Source of the DNA: a virus
Direction: 5' to 3' (one strand)
Virus record (IMG/VR): IMGVR_UViG_3300035034_000924
Span: 1 to 64,000 of that record
DNA length: 64,000 bases
Below, one piece after another: positions 54,792 through 63,650 of the stretch. Under the pieces are notes generated by a model, which was not told where the DNA came from, made no database searches, and saw only the letters and a program-made list of their open reading frames with translations. Made by a program: the position numbers and the translations under genes. Positions within the stretch are counted from its first letter, which is position 1. Each line of letters starts with the position of its first letter.

Positions 54792-56026
54792 TGAGTAGAA
54801 GAGCAGGACGTTCATCTGGTTCAAGCAGCAGAGGTTCAAGCAGCAGAGGTCGCGGTGCATCCAGAGTAGGCGGGGGCGGTAGCAGAGGCCCAGCTGAAAG
54901 TTCAAGAGGGAGTGGTGCTTCGCAATCCAGAGGTCAGGGCCGCCCGCAGAATCGAGCGGTATATACTGGCGAGGAAGGACGCCGTCAGGCGGAGCGGGAA
55001 AAGGAATCTATCAGTAAGCGCAGAGAGGAATCAAAGAACAGAACATTCGAGCCTTTCCGTTTCTACATGCTGCCTGAGACTGAACGCGAAATTGTCGTGC
55101 TCGATGATGACTTCGGTTTCTTCCGGTACGAACACGCCGTTATGAATCCAGACACTGGGCGGGCAGACAGGTACTTTCCTTGCCTCGATCACAAAAATGG
55201 CTGTCAGATTTGTAAGCAGCTGGATAAGAACTACCCCTACTACGCGATGTACGCCAGCGTCATTGATCTTGAAGGCTACGAAAGCAAGAGCCAAGGCTGG
55301 GTCGAGTGGTCACGTAAGATGTTCTTGGTTAAGTCGGGTATGCAACAGCGCTGGTTCAGAGAGGTTGATCGACTCAAGCGGGACAGCCCTGACGCGCCAT
55401 TGCGGGGTGCAGTATTCCGTCTATTCAGGGATGGAACTTCTGACCCTAAGACAGGCAGCGATATCGAGTTCATCGAATACATGGACGAAGACGAACTGAA
55501 GACCTACGAAAGGGAGTACGAGGACAGGGACCGTAAAGTTCAGGTAGAAGATTGTTCAGTGCCGTTTGACTACATGGCAATCTACCCAGAGCTTACCGAG
55601 CAAGACATTGGTTCTGCCTTAAACCTCCGACCGTCCGAGCCAGTGGCAGGCTCCCGCCGTTCGCAGTCACAGGAACCGGACTATGACGATGGTGCCGAAG
55701 CGTACGAGGACGAAGATCCTGAGTACGAAGAAGACGGTGATCTTGACGAACAGTGGAACGAAGACGAAGCTTACGAGGGTGAGGAAGAGGCCGAGGGTGA
55801 GGAAGAAGAGCCCCCTTTCGACGTAGACGATCCTGTTGACGATGAGCCTAAAGGCAGATCACGCAGGACTGCGGGCAAGCCTCGTACGCGTTCCACAGCA
55901 GCTGAAGAGAATGATGAGTCAGGCCGAAGGGCTACCTCGGGTTCTAGACGATCTGCAGGCGGAGCCGCTCGACCTAGGGCGAAAGCAGCACCTCGCGGGA
56001 ATGCCCGGAATACGCGGCGCAGATAG
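54791..56026 (+). CDS. putative single-stranded DNA-binding protein
   Basis: EH...C....C.IC Zn site and a long acidic tract; RG/RS-rich termini. Confidence 0.6.
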   Translation: MSRRAGRSSGSSSRGSSSRGRGASRVGGGGSRGPAESSRGSGASQSRGQGRPQNRAVYTGEEGRRQAEREKESISKRREESKNRTFEPFRFYMLPETEREIVVLDDDFGFFRYEHAVMNPDTGRADRYFPCLDHKNGCQICKQLDKNYPYYAMYASVIDLEGYESKSQGWVEWSRKMFLVKSGMQQRWFREVDRLKRDSPDAPLRGAVFRLFRDGTSDPKTGSDIEFIEYMDEDELKTYEREYEDRDRKVQVEDCSVPFDYMAIYPELTEQDIGSALNLRPSEPVAGSRRSQSQEPDYDDGAEAYEDEDPEYEEDGDLDEQWNEDEAYEGEEEAEGEEEEPPFDVDDPVDDEPKGRSRRTAGKPRTRSTAAEENDESGRRATSGSRRSAGGAARPRAKAAPRGNARNTRRR

Positions 56027-56027
56027 T

Positions 56028-57695
56028 ATGAGTGAGTTACCCAAACAAGGGTTGCGTGGGATGGCGGCTGTCGAGGGCAGCCGTCGTTCCTTAAGCGCAA
56101 TAGCCGAGCAGCTACACTGGATAGACTACGATCCTGTGGAAGATGTAAGCGAAGAGAAAGACGAATGCGTTGCAGATGGAGACACTCTGTACGTGCCTAG
56201 GGGTTTTGCCAGATCTAGCTTGGGCGCGTACAAAGTTTCTTGTCTTTATGATCTAGAGTATGGCTGGGAGATACAGACACCTTTCTTCCCAGAGCTGCGG
56301 GAGTACCAAGAAGATCCAGTAGAGGCAGCAACACAAGCCCTGCTCTCATACCACGATGTAATCCTAAAAGCATACACGGGTTCCGGTAAGACAGTTATGG
56401 CCACAAGTGTAGCCGCTCAGTTAGGCGTTACTACTCTGATAATCGTGGACCAGAACAAGTTGGCTAGGCAATGGGAAGAGACCCTGATAAACCACTTCGG
56501 TTACAAGAAGGAAAGGATCGGCAGGATACAGGGGCCGCAAGATAAGTGGGACTACGAAGACAAAGACTTCACCATAGCGATGGTCCAATCTATCTACGAC
56601 AAGGAACTGGATGATGATCTGCTAGAGTACTTTGGTATGCTTATCGTTGACGAGTACCATTCGGTAGGGGCAGAGCAATACAGCAACGTGTTCCAGATGT
56701 TCCCTACGGCCTACCGATTATCTGTGTCGGCTACGGACAGAAACGATAGTCGTAAGAAGGTGGTCCGTTGGCACCTATGCGCCCAAGAAGTTGCACTTGA
56801 TAAGCAGCACCAAAAGTCTACGGTGCGGGTTATCGAATACAAAGGGCCACCACCAAGCTACTACAGCCAGCTATCCAAGAAAGACGGCAGGTACATCTCT
56901 GAGCTTGTCGAGGACGGCGATAGAAACCTTTTCATAGCAGAGCACATAGTTAAGCTTTACGAGGCGGGCAGGACACTGCTAGTGATAGGGGCTAGAATCC
57001 ATCACCTAGAATGCCTACATGCTTTGTGCCGCATGTTAGGTATTCCTTACGAAGACATGCTGATGTACACAGGCAGCACCAATTCTTGGAGGTACGTTAA
57101 GGACAAAAACCCGGCACGTACTCCGAGCGGGTGGGAAGACGGCACAGAGTTCACGCCAATTAAGAAAGAGCTTAAACTGAAGAAAACCAAGCTCCATGAG
57201 CTGGACGCCTTCTTAAACATAACACCTATAATTTTCTCGACCTACTCAGCATTCTCTAAGGGCGTAGACGTACCAGAGCTGGACACGGGGATAGACGTCA
57301 CACCCAAGGCTACGTTCGTGCAGATCCACGGTAGAATCCTACGTTTGTATAGTGGCAAGAAAAAGCCTATATGGGTTACAATAAGAGACTATAACTCCTT
57401 CCGCGCCGAGTACCAGCTGAGCGGAAGGCTAAAAGAATTCAGTAAATCAAACGTGGAGGTCGTAAAATGGCATCGGCACAAAGGTCTCGCAGACCAAAAA
57501 ATAGACGAACTGCGGCAAGCAACCCTGCGGCGGAGCGAGAGGATAAAAGACGCAAGGATCATAACCGGAGAAGACGGGAGAAATTTGCTTCTAGCCCCGC
57601 CTACAGGGAGCACATCAACAGCGAACAGAAGCGCAGGTACTGGGAGAGTAAGGAAGAAGCAGAAGCAACCGAACTCACAGAGGGACTTATTCTAG
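56028..57695 (+). CDS. superfamily II (DExH) helicase
   Basis: LREYQ, TGSGKT, DEYH, SAT, GVDVP.LD, Q.HGRILR; start re-assigned to ATG 56028. Confidence 0.9.
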   Translation: MSELPKQGLRGMAAVEGSRRSLSAIAEQLHWIDYDPVEDVSEEKDECVADGDTLYVPRGFARSSLGAYKVSCLYDLEYGWEIQTPFFPELREYQEDPVEAATQALLSYHDVILKAYTGSGKTVMATSVAAQLGVTTLIIVDQNKLARQWEETLINHFGYKKERIGRIQGPQDKWDYEDKDFTIAMVQSIYDKELDDDLLEYFGMLIVDEYHSVGAEQYSNVFQMFPTAYRLSVSATDRNDSRKKVVRWHLCAQEVALDKQHQKSTVRVIEYKGPPPSYYSQLSKKDGRYISELVEDGDRNLFIAEHIVKLYEAGRTLLVIGARIHHLECLHALCRMLGIPYEDMLMYTGSTNSWRYVKDKNPARTPSGWEDGTEFTPIKKELKLKKTKLHELDAFLNITPIIFSTYSAFSKGVDVPELDTGIDVTPKATFVQIHGRILRLYSGKKKPIWVTIRDYNSFRAEYQLSGRLKEFSKSNVEVVKWHRHKGLADQKIDELRQATLRRSERIKDARIITGEDGRNLLLAPPTGSTSTANRSAGTGRVRKKQKQPNSQRDLF

Positions 57696-58021
57696 ATGGC
57701 GAACTGAAAGAAGTAGTTTGCCCAGAGGACCCAGACATAGAACCTACAACGGTGAACGCTTACACGTTACGGGAAGCAGCTGATGCACTGGGCAAGTCTT
57801 ATCTTACCGTAAGGGCGTGGGCCAAGAACGGGCTGTTCCCTAAGTCAATACTGACAGACACCACATACAACTACGATCAGTACAGCCAAGGTGAGCTTGA
57901 AGCCATTGTCGGGATACTCGATGAGCATTTCAGAAAGCATAGCCAGCTGCAAAAGAACCACACTGAAGTTTGCGAACGTTTGCAAACCGCGATGGATGAG
58001 TACCGCGAAGAGTACATCTAA
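57467..58021 (+). CDS. MerR-like HTH DNA-binding protein
   Basis: YTLREAADALGKS..TVRAW...GL.P. Confidence 0.7.
   Translation: MASAQRSRRPKNRRTAASNPAAEREDKRRKDHNRRRREKFASSPAYREHINSEQKRRYWESKEEAEATELTEGLILDGELKEVVCPEDPDIEPTTVNAYTLREAADALGKSYLTVRAWAKNGLFPKSILTDTTYNYDQYSQGELEAIVGILDEHFRKHSQLQKNHTEVCERLQTAMDEYREEYI
57970..57985. repeat. dispersed palindrome, 1 mismatch
   Basis: TTGCGAACGTTTGCAA. Confidence 0.85.
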
Positions 58022-58049
58022 CTTTTATAACTGAGTGAAGGGAATAAGA

Positions 58050-58406
58050 ATGGCCGCAAAGCGAAGAAGTAGAACTAAACAAGAAGCAGAAGCAACCGAA
58101 GAAAGTGTGCAAGGCAAGATCACTAAAGACGTTGTATTGGTTTCCTCCAGCAGGATAGTGGATGGCCACAAGGAAGAGTACGATCTGGAGGTACAGAAGT
58201 TTGTTACCGACCCGGCTTTCGTACGCGTATCTGCAGGCCAGACACGGCAGATCGTGGAGTTTGAATCAGTGCGGGTAGACATCGCCGTCACGATCCCCTG
58301 CTACAAAGAGGAGGTTGAAGACGTCATTGCCGAGGCCACAGAGATGGTTGCTGACAGGCTTGAAAAAGAACTCGACTTCTACCTAGGTGCCGAAGAAGAT
58401 GAGTAG
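58050..58406 (+). CDS. hypothetical protein
   Basis: FES.RVD....PC motif; start re-assigned to ATG 58050. Confidence 0.7.
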   Translation: MAAKRRSRTKQEAEATEESVQGKITKDVVLVSSSRIVDGHKEEYDLEVQKFVTDPAFVRVSAGQTRQIVEFESVRVDIAVTIPCYKEEVEDVIAEATEMVADRLEKELDFYLGAEEDE

Positions 58407-59604
58407 ACGTTCTCGCCCCCGTGACACGTCAGACATACCGGAACCCGAAGAAGTCTTTGACGAAGCTGACATAGACGAAGAAGAGCTGGATGACGAGCTA
58501 CCAGAAGAGGACGCTTACGATTTCATGGAAGACCCTGAGTCCGAACTTCGCAACACTGTTGAGGCTATCCAGAAGCAGTACGGGGCGGTAGTCGCTGCAG
58601 GTAACAGTGTCAAACAGCCGCTTCGTATATCCACCGGAGTCTTCTTACTGGACCTTGCTCTTATGGGGGGTATCCCAGAGGGGCGGGTAACTCACCTAGT
58701 CGGTGAAGGTAGCGCAGGTAAATCAATGCTCATGGCAAAGATCATGGCTTGTGCTCAGATGGAGTACCCTGACCAGCAGGTTGCATTGATTGACGTGGAG
58801 AACACGTTCGATCCAGTATGGGCTGAGAAGCTGGGAGTAAACCTAGACCAGCTAGTTATCTTTACGGTAGAGACAGGGGAGATGGCTGTTGACGTAGCGG
58901 ACGCAGTCCTAAGCTCTAGAGAAACCTCTCTGATGGCGATAGATTCTCTGGCGGAGATGATCCCGTACAAAGAAGCCAAAGCCAGTGCGGAGGACCAGCA
59001 CATGGGCCTACAAGCAAGGATGTTCAATGAGCTGGCTCGAAAGATAACCAACACCACGAATCACGAAAAGGTCAGGGGCCACTACCCTACTTGCCTATTG
59101 CTGAACCAGTACCGCACAGACATCGGTAAGATGTTTGGTGACAATAGAACTATCCCCGGAGGTCGTGCAATCCGCCATATATCTTCTCTGATGTTGGATA
59201 TCAAAAACAAAGAGACGATAGGTAAGGATTCCAACGACGTTGAGGTTGTGATTGAAAACGAGCACACCTTTAACATTACCAAGTGGAAGGTAAACAACGG
59301 GCCTAGGACAGGATCGTTTCAGCTTATGCGTACTGACGATTCTTCAGTAGGACTAGAGGAAGGTGATGTAGATAACGCAGCGACCATGGTTACCTACGCT
59401 AAGAAGTTCGGATTTTGGTCAGGTGCGGGCAAGAACCAGAAGCTGGAGTTTGACGACTACAGCATCAAGTTCAACACCCAAGCAGAAGGGAAGCTGGCTA
59501 TAAACGAAGACGTCGATCTTTACTATAGTCTGTACAATGCGTTGCTGCGCGAACAAGCTATCGCTAGACGTATGCCCGCAGACTTTATTGCTAGGTTCGT
59601 GTAA
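58399..59604 (+). CDS. recA: RecA/UvsX-like recombinase
   Basis: ISTG...LD.AL.GGIP.GR, G..SAGKS, ID.E..FDP.WA.KLGV, IDS, QAR, NQ.R, PGG.A. Confidence 0.9.
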   Translation: MSRRSRPRDTSDIPEPEEVFDEADIDEEELDDELPEEDAYDFMEDPESELRNTVEAIQKQYGAVVAAGNSVKQPLRISTGVFLLDLALMGGIPEGRVTHLVGEGSAGKSMLMAKIMACAQMEYPDQQVALIDVENTFDPVWAEKLGVNLDQLVIFTVETGEMAVDVADAVLSSRETSLMAIDSLAEMIPYKEAKASAEDQHMGLQARMFNELARKITNTTNHEKVRGHYPTCLLLNQYRTDIGKMFGDNRTIPGGRAIRHISSLMLDIKNKETIGKDSNDVEVVIENEHTFNITKWKVNNGPRTGSFQLMRTDDSSVGLEEGDVDNAATMVTYAKKFGFWSGAGKNQKLEFDDYSIKFNTQAEGKLAINEDVDLYYSLYNALLREQAIARRMPADFIARFV

Positions 59605-59999
59605 TGAGTAGGCAGCACTTTTTGGATAGGATGGAGCAGCGGGACAAGAAAAATAAAACAAAGCAATCCCCTGCTCACCAGCGGTCTATAAAACAAGAGG
59701 CCGAGCTGGCCCAGAGAGGTGCGGGCAAACTTACCGTAGGCAGCGGGAACAAAAGAGAGAAAGGCGATATCAAGAAGTACCATGGGGTTTTCCGAGTGGA
59801 AGCTAAAACCACGACTAAGAAGTCGTTCTCCATAACCCAAGCTATGCTGGATAAGATAGAGGATGCCAGCATACCGCACGGTGAAGCCCCCGCCTTTATA
59901 ATTGAATTCATAAACGAAGACCAGACACCTCTTCGAGAAGTGGCCGTTATCCCCAGCTACTTACTCGAAGTACTGGCAGACAGGTTGCGGGATGAGTAG
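59604..59999 (+). CDS. PD-(D/E)XK nuclease / Holliday junction resolvase-like
   Basis: QE..LA....G....GSG....KGD.......VEAK.T. Confidence 0.7.
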   Translation: MSRQHFLDRMEQRDKKNKTKQSPAHQRSIKQEAELAQRGAGKLTVGSGNKREKGDIKKYHGVFRVEAKTTTKKSFSITQAMLDKIEDASIPHGEAPAFIIEFINEDQTPLREVAVIPSYLLEVLADRLRDE

Positions 60000-60939
60000 A
60001 GAGGTAATATCCACAAGACGGGTTAAGAAGTCCGGTATAGATCTGCCTAGGAAAACGAAGAAGCGTATCCGCGATGTCCCCAGTACGCCACGCGCACAGG
60101 CAGTTAGTAGTTCGGTGAACAACCAGCACACCCCACTAAACCGAGACAACCCAATCGCGTCTACTCTTTGGCGGGGTCCTCAGCTAAGAGCTGCGCGTAA
60201 CGGTACTCGACTGCATGTATCGGATCTAATCGGTAAGTGCATGCGCATGAAGGCGCTATCCCATCTAAGAAAAGTACCTTTGCCTGCCCAGCAGCTCTGG
60301 GATGCGCAGAGGATTACTTTCGATATCGGTGAGACAATCGGCAACTTTGTGGTTAACAAGGCCATGGAGAATGACGGTAGGATCTTCGGGTCTTGGGGTT
60401 GCCACTGCGCGGAGCAGAAGACTACCGCTAACTGCACGAGAGCGGAGGCACTAGACAGCCCTGCTTGCCCAGACTGCGGGCACAAGTACGACAGATACTT
60501 AGAGGTAGATCTGTATCACGAAGAGCTTATGCTAGCAGGACACGCCGACCTAGGCATGATGTGGGACGAATATGTATACCTGACAGAAGTAAAGTCGGCT
60601 AACGCCAACACAATGCAGGACTACGAAAACCGACCCAACAGAGAGCACGTCCTGCAGCTAATCTTCTACTACTGGCTAGCGCTTCAACAAGGTATACGAG
60701 TGCATACGACGGGGTCAGTACTGTACGTTAGAAAAGAATGGATGATAGGCTCTCCGTATGTAGAGCACCAGATAAACCTAGAAGAAGAAGTACATCTATT
60801 GGAGCCGTATCTGGAAGAAGCGCGGCAATACACGGAAGCAATGAAGGGCGGGGCGTTACCTACTAGAACAGTATGTGACACCCCTTACGAAACCAGAGCA
60901 ACCAAGTGCATGCTTTGCATGGAATGTTTTAAGGACTAA
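59992..60939 (+). CDS. Cas4/AddB-like exonuclease
   Basis: N-terminal C.R, GH.D, EVKS, Q...Y, C-terminal C...C..C...C. Confidence 0.75.
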   Translation: MSREVISTRRVKKSGIDLPRKTKKRIRDVPSTPRAQAVSSSVNNQHTPLNRDNPIASTLWRGPQLRAARNGTRLHVSDLIGKCMRMKALSHLRKVPLPAQQLWDAQRITFDIGETIGNFVVNKAMENDGRIFGSWGCHCAEQKTTANCTRAEALDSPACPDCGHKYDRYLEVDLYHEELMLAGHADLGMMWDEYVYLTEVKSANANTMQDYENRPNREHVLQLIFYYWLALQQGIRVHTTGSVLYVRKEWMIGSPYVEHQINLEEEVHLLEPYLEEARQYTEAMKGGALPTRTVCDTPYETRATKCMLCMECFKD

Positions 60940-60941
60940 AA

Positions 60942-61517
60942 ATGCCACGAGCGAGAAGACAAAGAACAGAACCAGAGATGGAAGTTTCCGTGCTAGGAGT
61001 AGACCCGTCATCCAACGGTACAGGTATTGCTTTCCCCTCCGGTGTTACCGCTAGCTTGCCGCTTAACACGAACACGAAAAACGTGGCTAAAGGAAGTAAC
61101 CGGATTGTTAAAATAATGAACTGGTTAGACGGCTACGACTACTCCGACATTACACACGTCTGTATAGAAGGGTACGCGTTCGGCATGAAAGCACAGGCGG
61201 GTAACTACGATAGAGCGGAGCTGGTAGGTACGATGAAATTGTTCTTCCTGAAGAAAGGCAAGCCACTTATTATCTGCCCCCCCAGCACCCTGAAGAAGTT
61301 CGTCACAGGCAAAGGCAACGCAGATAAAGAAGAGATGGTTGACGCGGTATTCCAGAGGTGGGGTTACGATATACCCTGCCACGATGAGGCTGACGCCTTT
61401 GGACTTTCTATGTTTGGTGAGGCATGCTTAGGTTCCAAGGGTAGTAGCGAGCTTTTCGATAAAGCAGAGTACGTAGCTATAACAAGGCCCTTGCAAACAT
61501 TTGCATTTTTTGACTGA
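60942..61517 (+). CDS. RuvC-like Holliday junction resolvase
   Basis: LGVDPS..TG, IEGY, P.TLKKFVTGKGNA.K, D.ADA. Confidence 0.85.
   Translation: MPRARRQRTEPEMEVSVLGVDPSSNGTGIAFPSGVTASLPLNTNTKNVAKGSNRIVKIMNWLDGYDYSDITHVCIEGYAFGMKAQAGNYDRAELVGTMKLFFLKKGKPLIICPPSTLKKFVTGKGNADKEEMVDAVFQRWGYDIPCHDEADAFGLSMFGEACLGSKGSSELFDKAEYVAITRPLQTFAFFD
61492..61505. repeat. dispersed palindrome, 1 mismatch
   Basis: TGCAAACATTTGCA. Confidence 0.85.
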
Positions 61518-61618
61518 GTAACGTTGACAGTTATGTTTATAAGGGCAATAATTGCCATCCCCAAATCGGGAATCGAAAAAAATCCAATATTGGAATCGGT
61601 GCACAAAGGAGCATACGT

Positions 61619-62842
61619 ATGAAAGCAGGTGATAGAGTAAAGTTCTTGAAGTTCCAATCGGCAGACGACCTGCCCGAAAACTCGGAGCTTCTGGTTGAAG
61701 GCGAAAAGTACACGGTCAGCAGCATTACTAAAGGTAAAGGCGAAGACCTAGACCTCTACCATGTGATTGCCGAAGATGAGAACGGCGACACCTACGAAGT
61801 CGAAGTTTTCGAAGACGAAGTAGAAGCGGTAGCCAAAGGCAAGGCTGCAGCGAAATCGAAGGCCGCGCCAAAAGCAAAAGCAAAAGCCGCACCCAAGGCA
61901 AAGGCCGCCCCTAAGTCTAAGGCCAAAGCGAAAGCCAAAGCCGAGACGGAAGAAGAAGAAACCGAAGAAGAAGAAACCGAAGACGAAGAAACCCAAACCG
62001 AGCATGTCGAGCCGGAACTGAAAGGCATCACTGTACTTAGTGATGAACAGCAGGACGCAGACATCGCCAGTGCCGTAGCCGACACCGATGACCTTGTCGG
62101 GCTTACCATTGAATACGCCGAAGATGCAGCACAGTCTCAGTGGGCGTTGGGCGGGTTGCTTTACTACTGCCAAGCAGAGAAAGTTCACCGAGCGTACGAT
62201 GAAGGCCAGTACGATAAAGTCGGTGGATGGCGCGAGTTCTGCGAAGAAGTCCTTTCGGTTAACTACCGCACCGCGATGGACCTTGTTAACGTCTACTCTC
62301 GTTACTGTGCAGTTGGCTGGGGTATTGAAGAATACAAGCGCACCAGTGCGACGGCAGCAGTAGAGCTTCAAAGAATGCTTCCAGATCTGGATAGCGATGC
62401 TGCAGATGATCTGCTTCATGCAGCAGAAGAACAGAGCTTTGCCGAGTTCAAGGAAACTCTTAAAGCCACGAAGGCGACAGGCGACGGTGGAACCAAACCG
62501 ATCACTGCAGTCAACATGATGCGGTTCGCTTTCAAGGCGAAAGAATCCGAAGGCAAGAAGATCGCCAACATCATCGAGCTGGCCAAAGAGCACACTGGAA
62601 TCAGTAACACCGATGAGCTGTTTGCTACCATCTTCCTTGAGTGGGCGAACAACGAGCTGGACCGCGATGCTCTGAGCAAGATGACCCGCAGTAAGGCTAA
62701 GGCGTCCAACACCAAAGCCGCCGCGAAAGCTAAGGCAGCACCGAAGGCCAAAGCTAAAGCAGCACCGAAAGCTAAAGCGAACGCTGCACCGAAGGCGAAA
62801 GCTAAGGCCACTCCAAAGGCCAAAGCCAAAGCTAAGAAGTAG
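61619..62842 (+). CDS. histone H1-like Ala/Lys/Pro-repeat DNA-binding protein
   Basis: Two blocks of AKAKAAPK repeats flanking an acidic core; AAGGAG RBS; TTGACA at 61524 upstream. Confidence 0.75.
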   Translation: MKAGDRVKFLKFQSADDLPENSELLVEGEKYTVSSITKGKGEDLDLYHVIAEDENGDTYEVEVFEDEVEAVAKGKAAAKSKAAPKAKAKAAPKAKAAPKSKAKAKAKAETEEEETEEEETEDEETQTEHVEPELKGITVLSDEQQDADIASAVADTDDLVGLTIEYAEDAAQSQWALGGLLYYCQAEKVHRAYDEGQYDKVGGWREFCEEVLSVNYRTAMDLVNVYSRYCAVGWGIEEYKRTSATAAVELQRMLPDLDSDAADDLLHAAEEQSFAEFKETLKATKATGDGGTKPITAVNMMRFAFKAKESEGKKIANIIELAKEHTGISNTDELFATIFLEWANNELDRDALSKMTRSKAKASNTKAAAKAKAAPKAKAKAAPKAKANAAPKAKAKATPKAKAKAKK

Positions 62843-62861
62843 AAATACTTCTGGTCTCGAC

Positions 62862-62897
62862 AAGAGCCTCTCTGGTAAAACAGGGGGGCTTTTTATT
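62862..62897 (+). terminator. intrinsic terminator
   Basis: AGAGCCTCTCTG/CAGGGGGGCTTT stem plus T-tract. Confidence 0.75.
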
Positions 62898-62951
62898 ATC
62901 TGCAGTTAGAGGGTACAATGAGCCTCCGGTGTAAAAGATAAGAGACGAAAC

Positions 62952-63650
62952 ATGGCAGCACGTAGACGCAGACGGCAGACGGCAGAACCAGCAACACAGG
63001 CACCCACAGAGCCGCTGCTACCGACTATCGACGTACGGATAGATGACATAGTCCCGTACGAATTCAACCCCAGAGACAATGCTAAGGCCGTACAGGGCGT
63101 AGCCAATTCACTAGCCGAGTTCGGATGGATGGTTCCTTGTGTTATCGACGGGGACAACGTCTTAGTTACTGGCCACACACGGATAGAGGCAGCCAAGGTT
63201 CTAGGGCTGGAGTACGCTCCCTGCTACCGAGTAGAGCATCTCACTCCTGAACAAATCAAAGCCTATAGATTGGTGGACAATAAGCTAAACGAATTAGCGG
63301 ATTGGAATCAGACATTGCTGTCCGAAGAGATGGCCTCGCTGGGCAGCCTCATGGACTTCACCGATTTTGGCTGGACACAAGAAGCCATTGACTGTTTGCA
63401 GGAAGAAGTAGCGGACGATTGTTTGTCAGGCGGAATAGTGGATGATATGACGCGGGGCGAAGCAGCATCCAGAACGAACAACGGCCAAGGACCACAAAGG
63501 AGCAGAGTGGTTATCGGTGAGTTCGTGTTCTTCGTACCTATCGAGGTATACACCCTATGGTCGAGAGACCTTAAGGAAGGTAATGACTTCGTGGATCGAG
63601 AGATTATAAACGACCTGAAAGCACGTCTCGGTATAACGGAGTACGAGTAA
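62952..63650 (+). CDS. ParB/Sulfiredoxin N-terminal domain protein
   Basis: I.PY..NPR.N, S..EFG...P.VID, GHTR..AA..LG, AYR.VDNK. Confidence 0.9.
   Translation: MAARRRRRQTAEPATQAPTEPLLPTIDVRIDDIVPYEFNPRDNAKAVQGVANSLAEFGWMVPCVIDGDNVLVTGHTRIEAAKVLGLEYAPCYRVEHLTPEQIKAYRLVDNKLNELADWNQTLLSEEMASLGSLMDFTDFGWTQEAIDCLQEEVADDCLSGGIVDDMTRGEAASRTNNGQGPQRSRVVIGEFVFFVPIEVYTLWSRDLKEGNDFVDREIINDLKARLGITEYE

Noticed and set aside
55836-56027. N-terminal extension of the SF2 helicase in the ORF track
   Set aside because: It overlaps the SSB C-terminus; ATG 56028, right after the SSB stop, is the more plausible start.
59992-60939. Cas4-like gene as part of a CRISPR-Cas system
   Set aside because: No other cas genes or array; it sits in a RecA/resolvase recombination module, as is common for solo phage Cas4-like nucleases.
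1328-61505. Dispersed palindromes as a CRISPR array or REP elements
   Set aside because: Copies are kilobases apart, mostly inside CDSs, with no spacers and no loop.
61748-62863. 371-aa minus-strand ORF with FGF/CF repeats
   Set aside because: Mirror of the AKP and acidic repeats of the H1-like gene.
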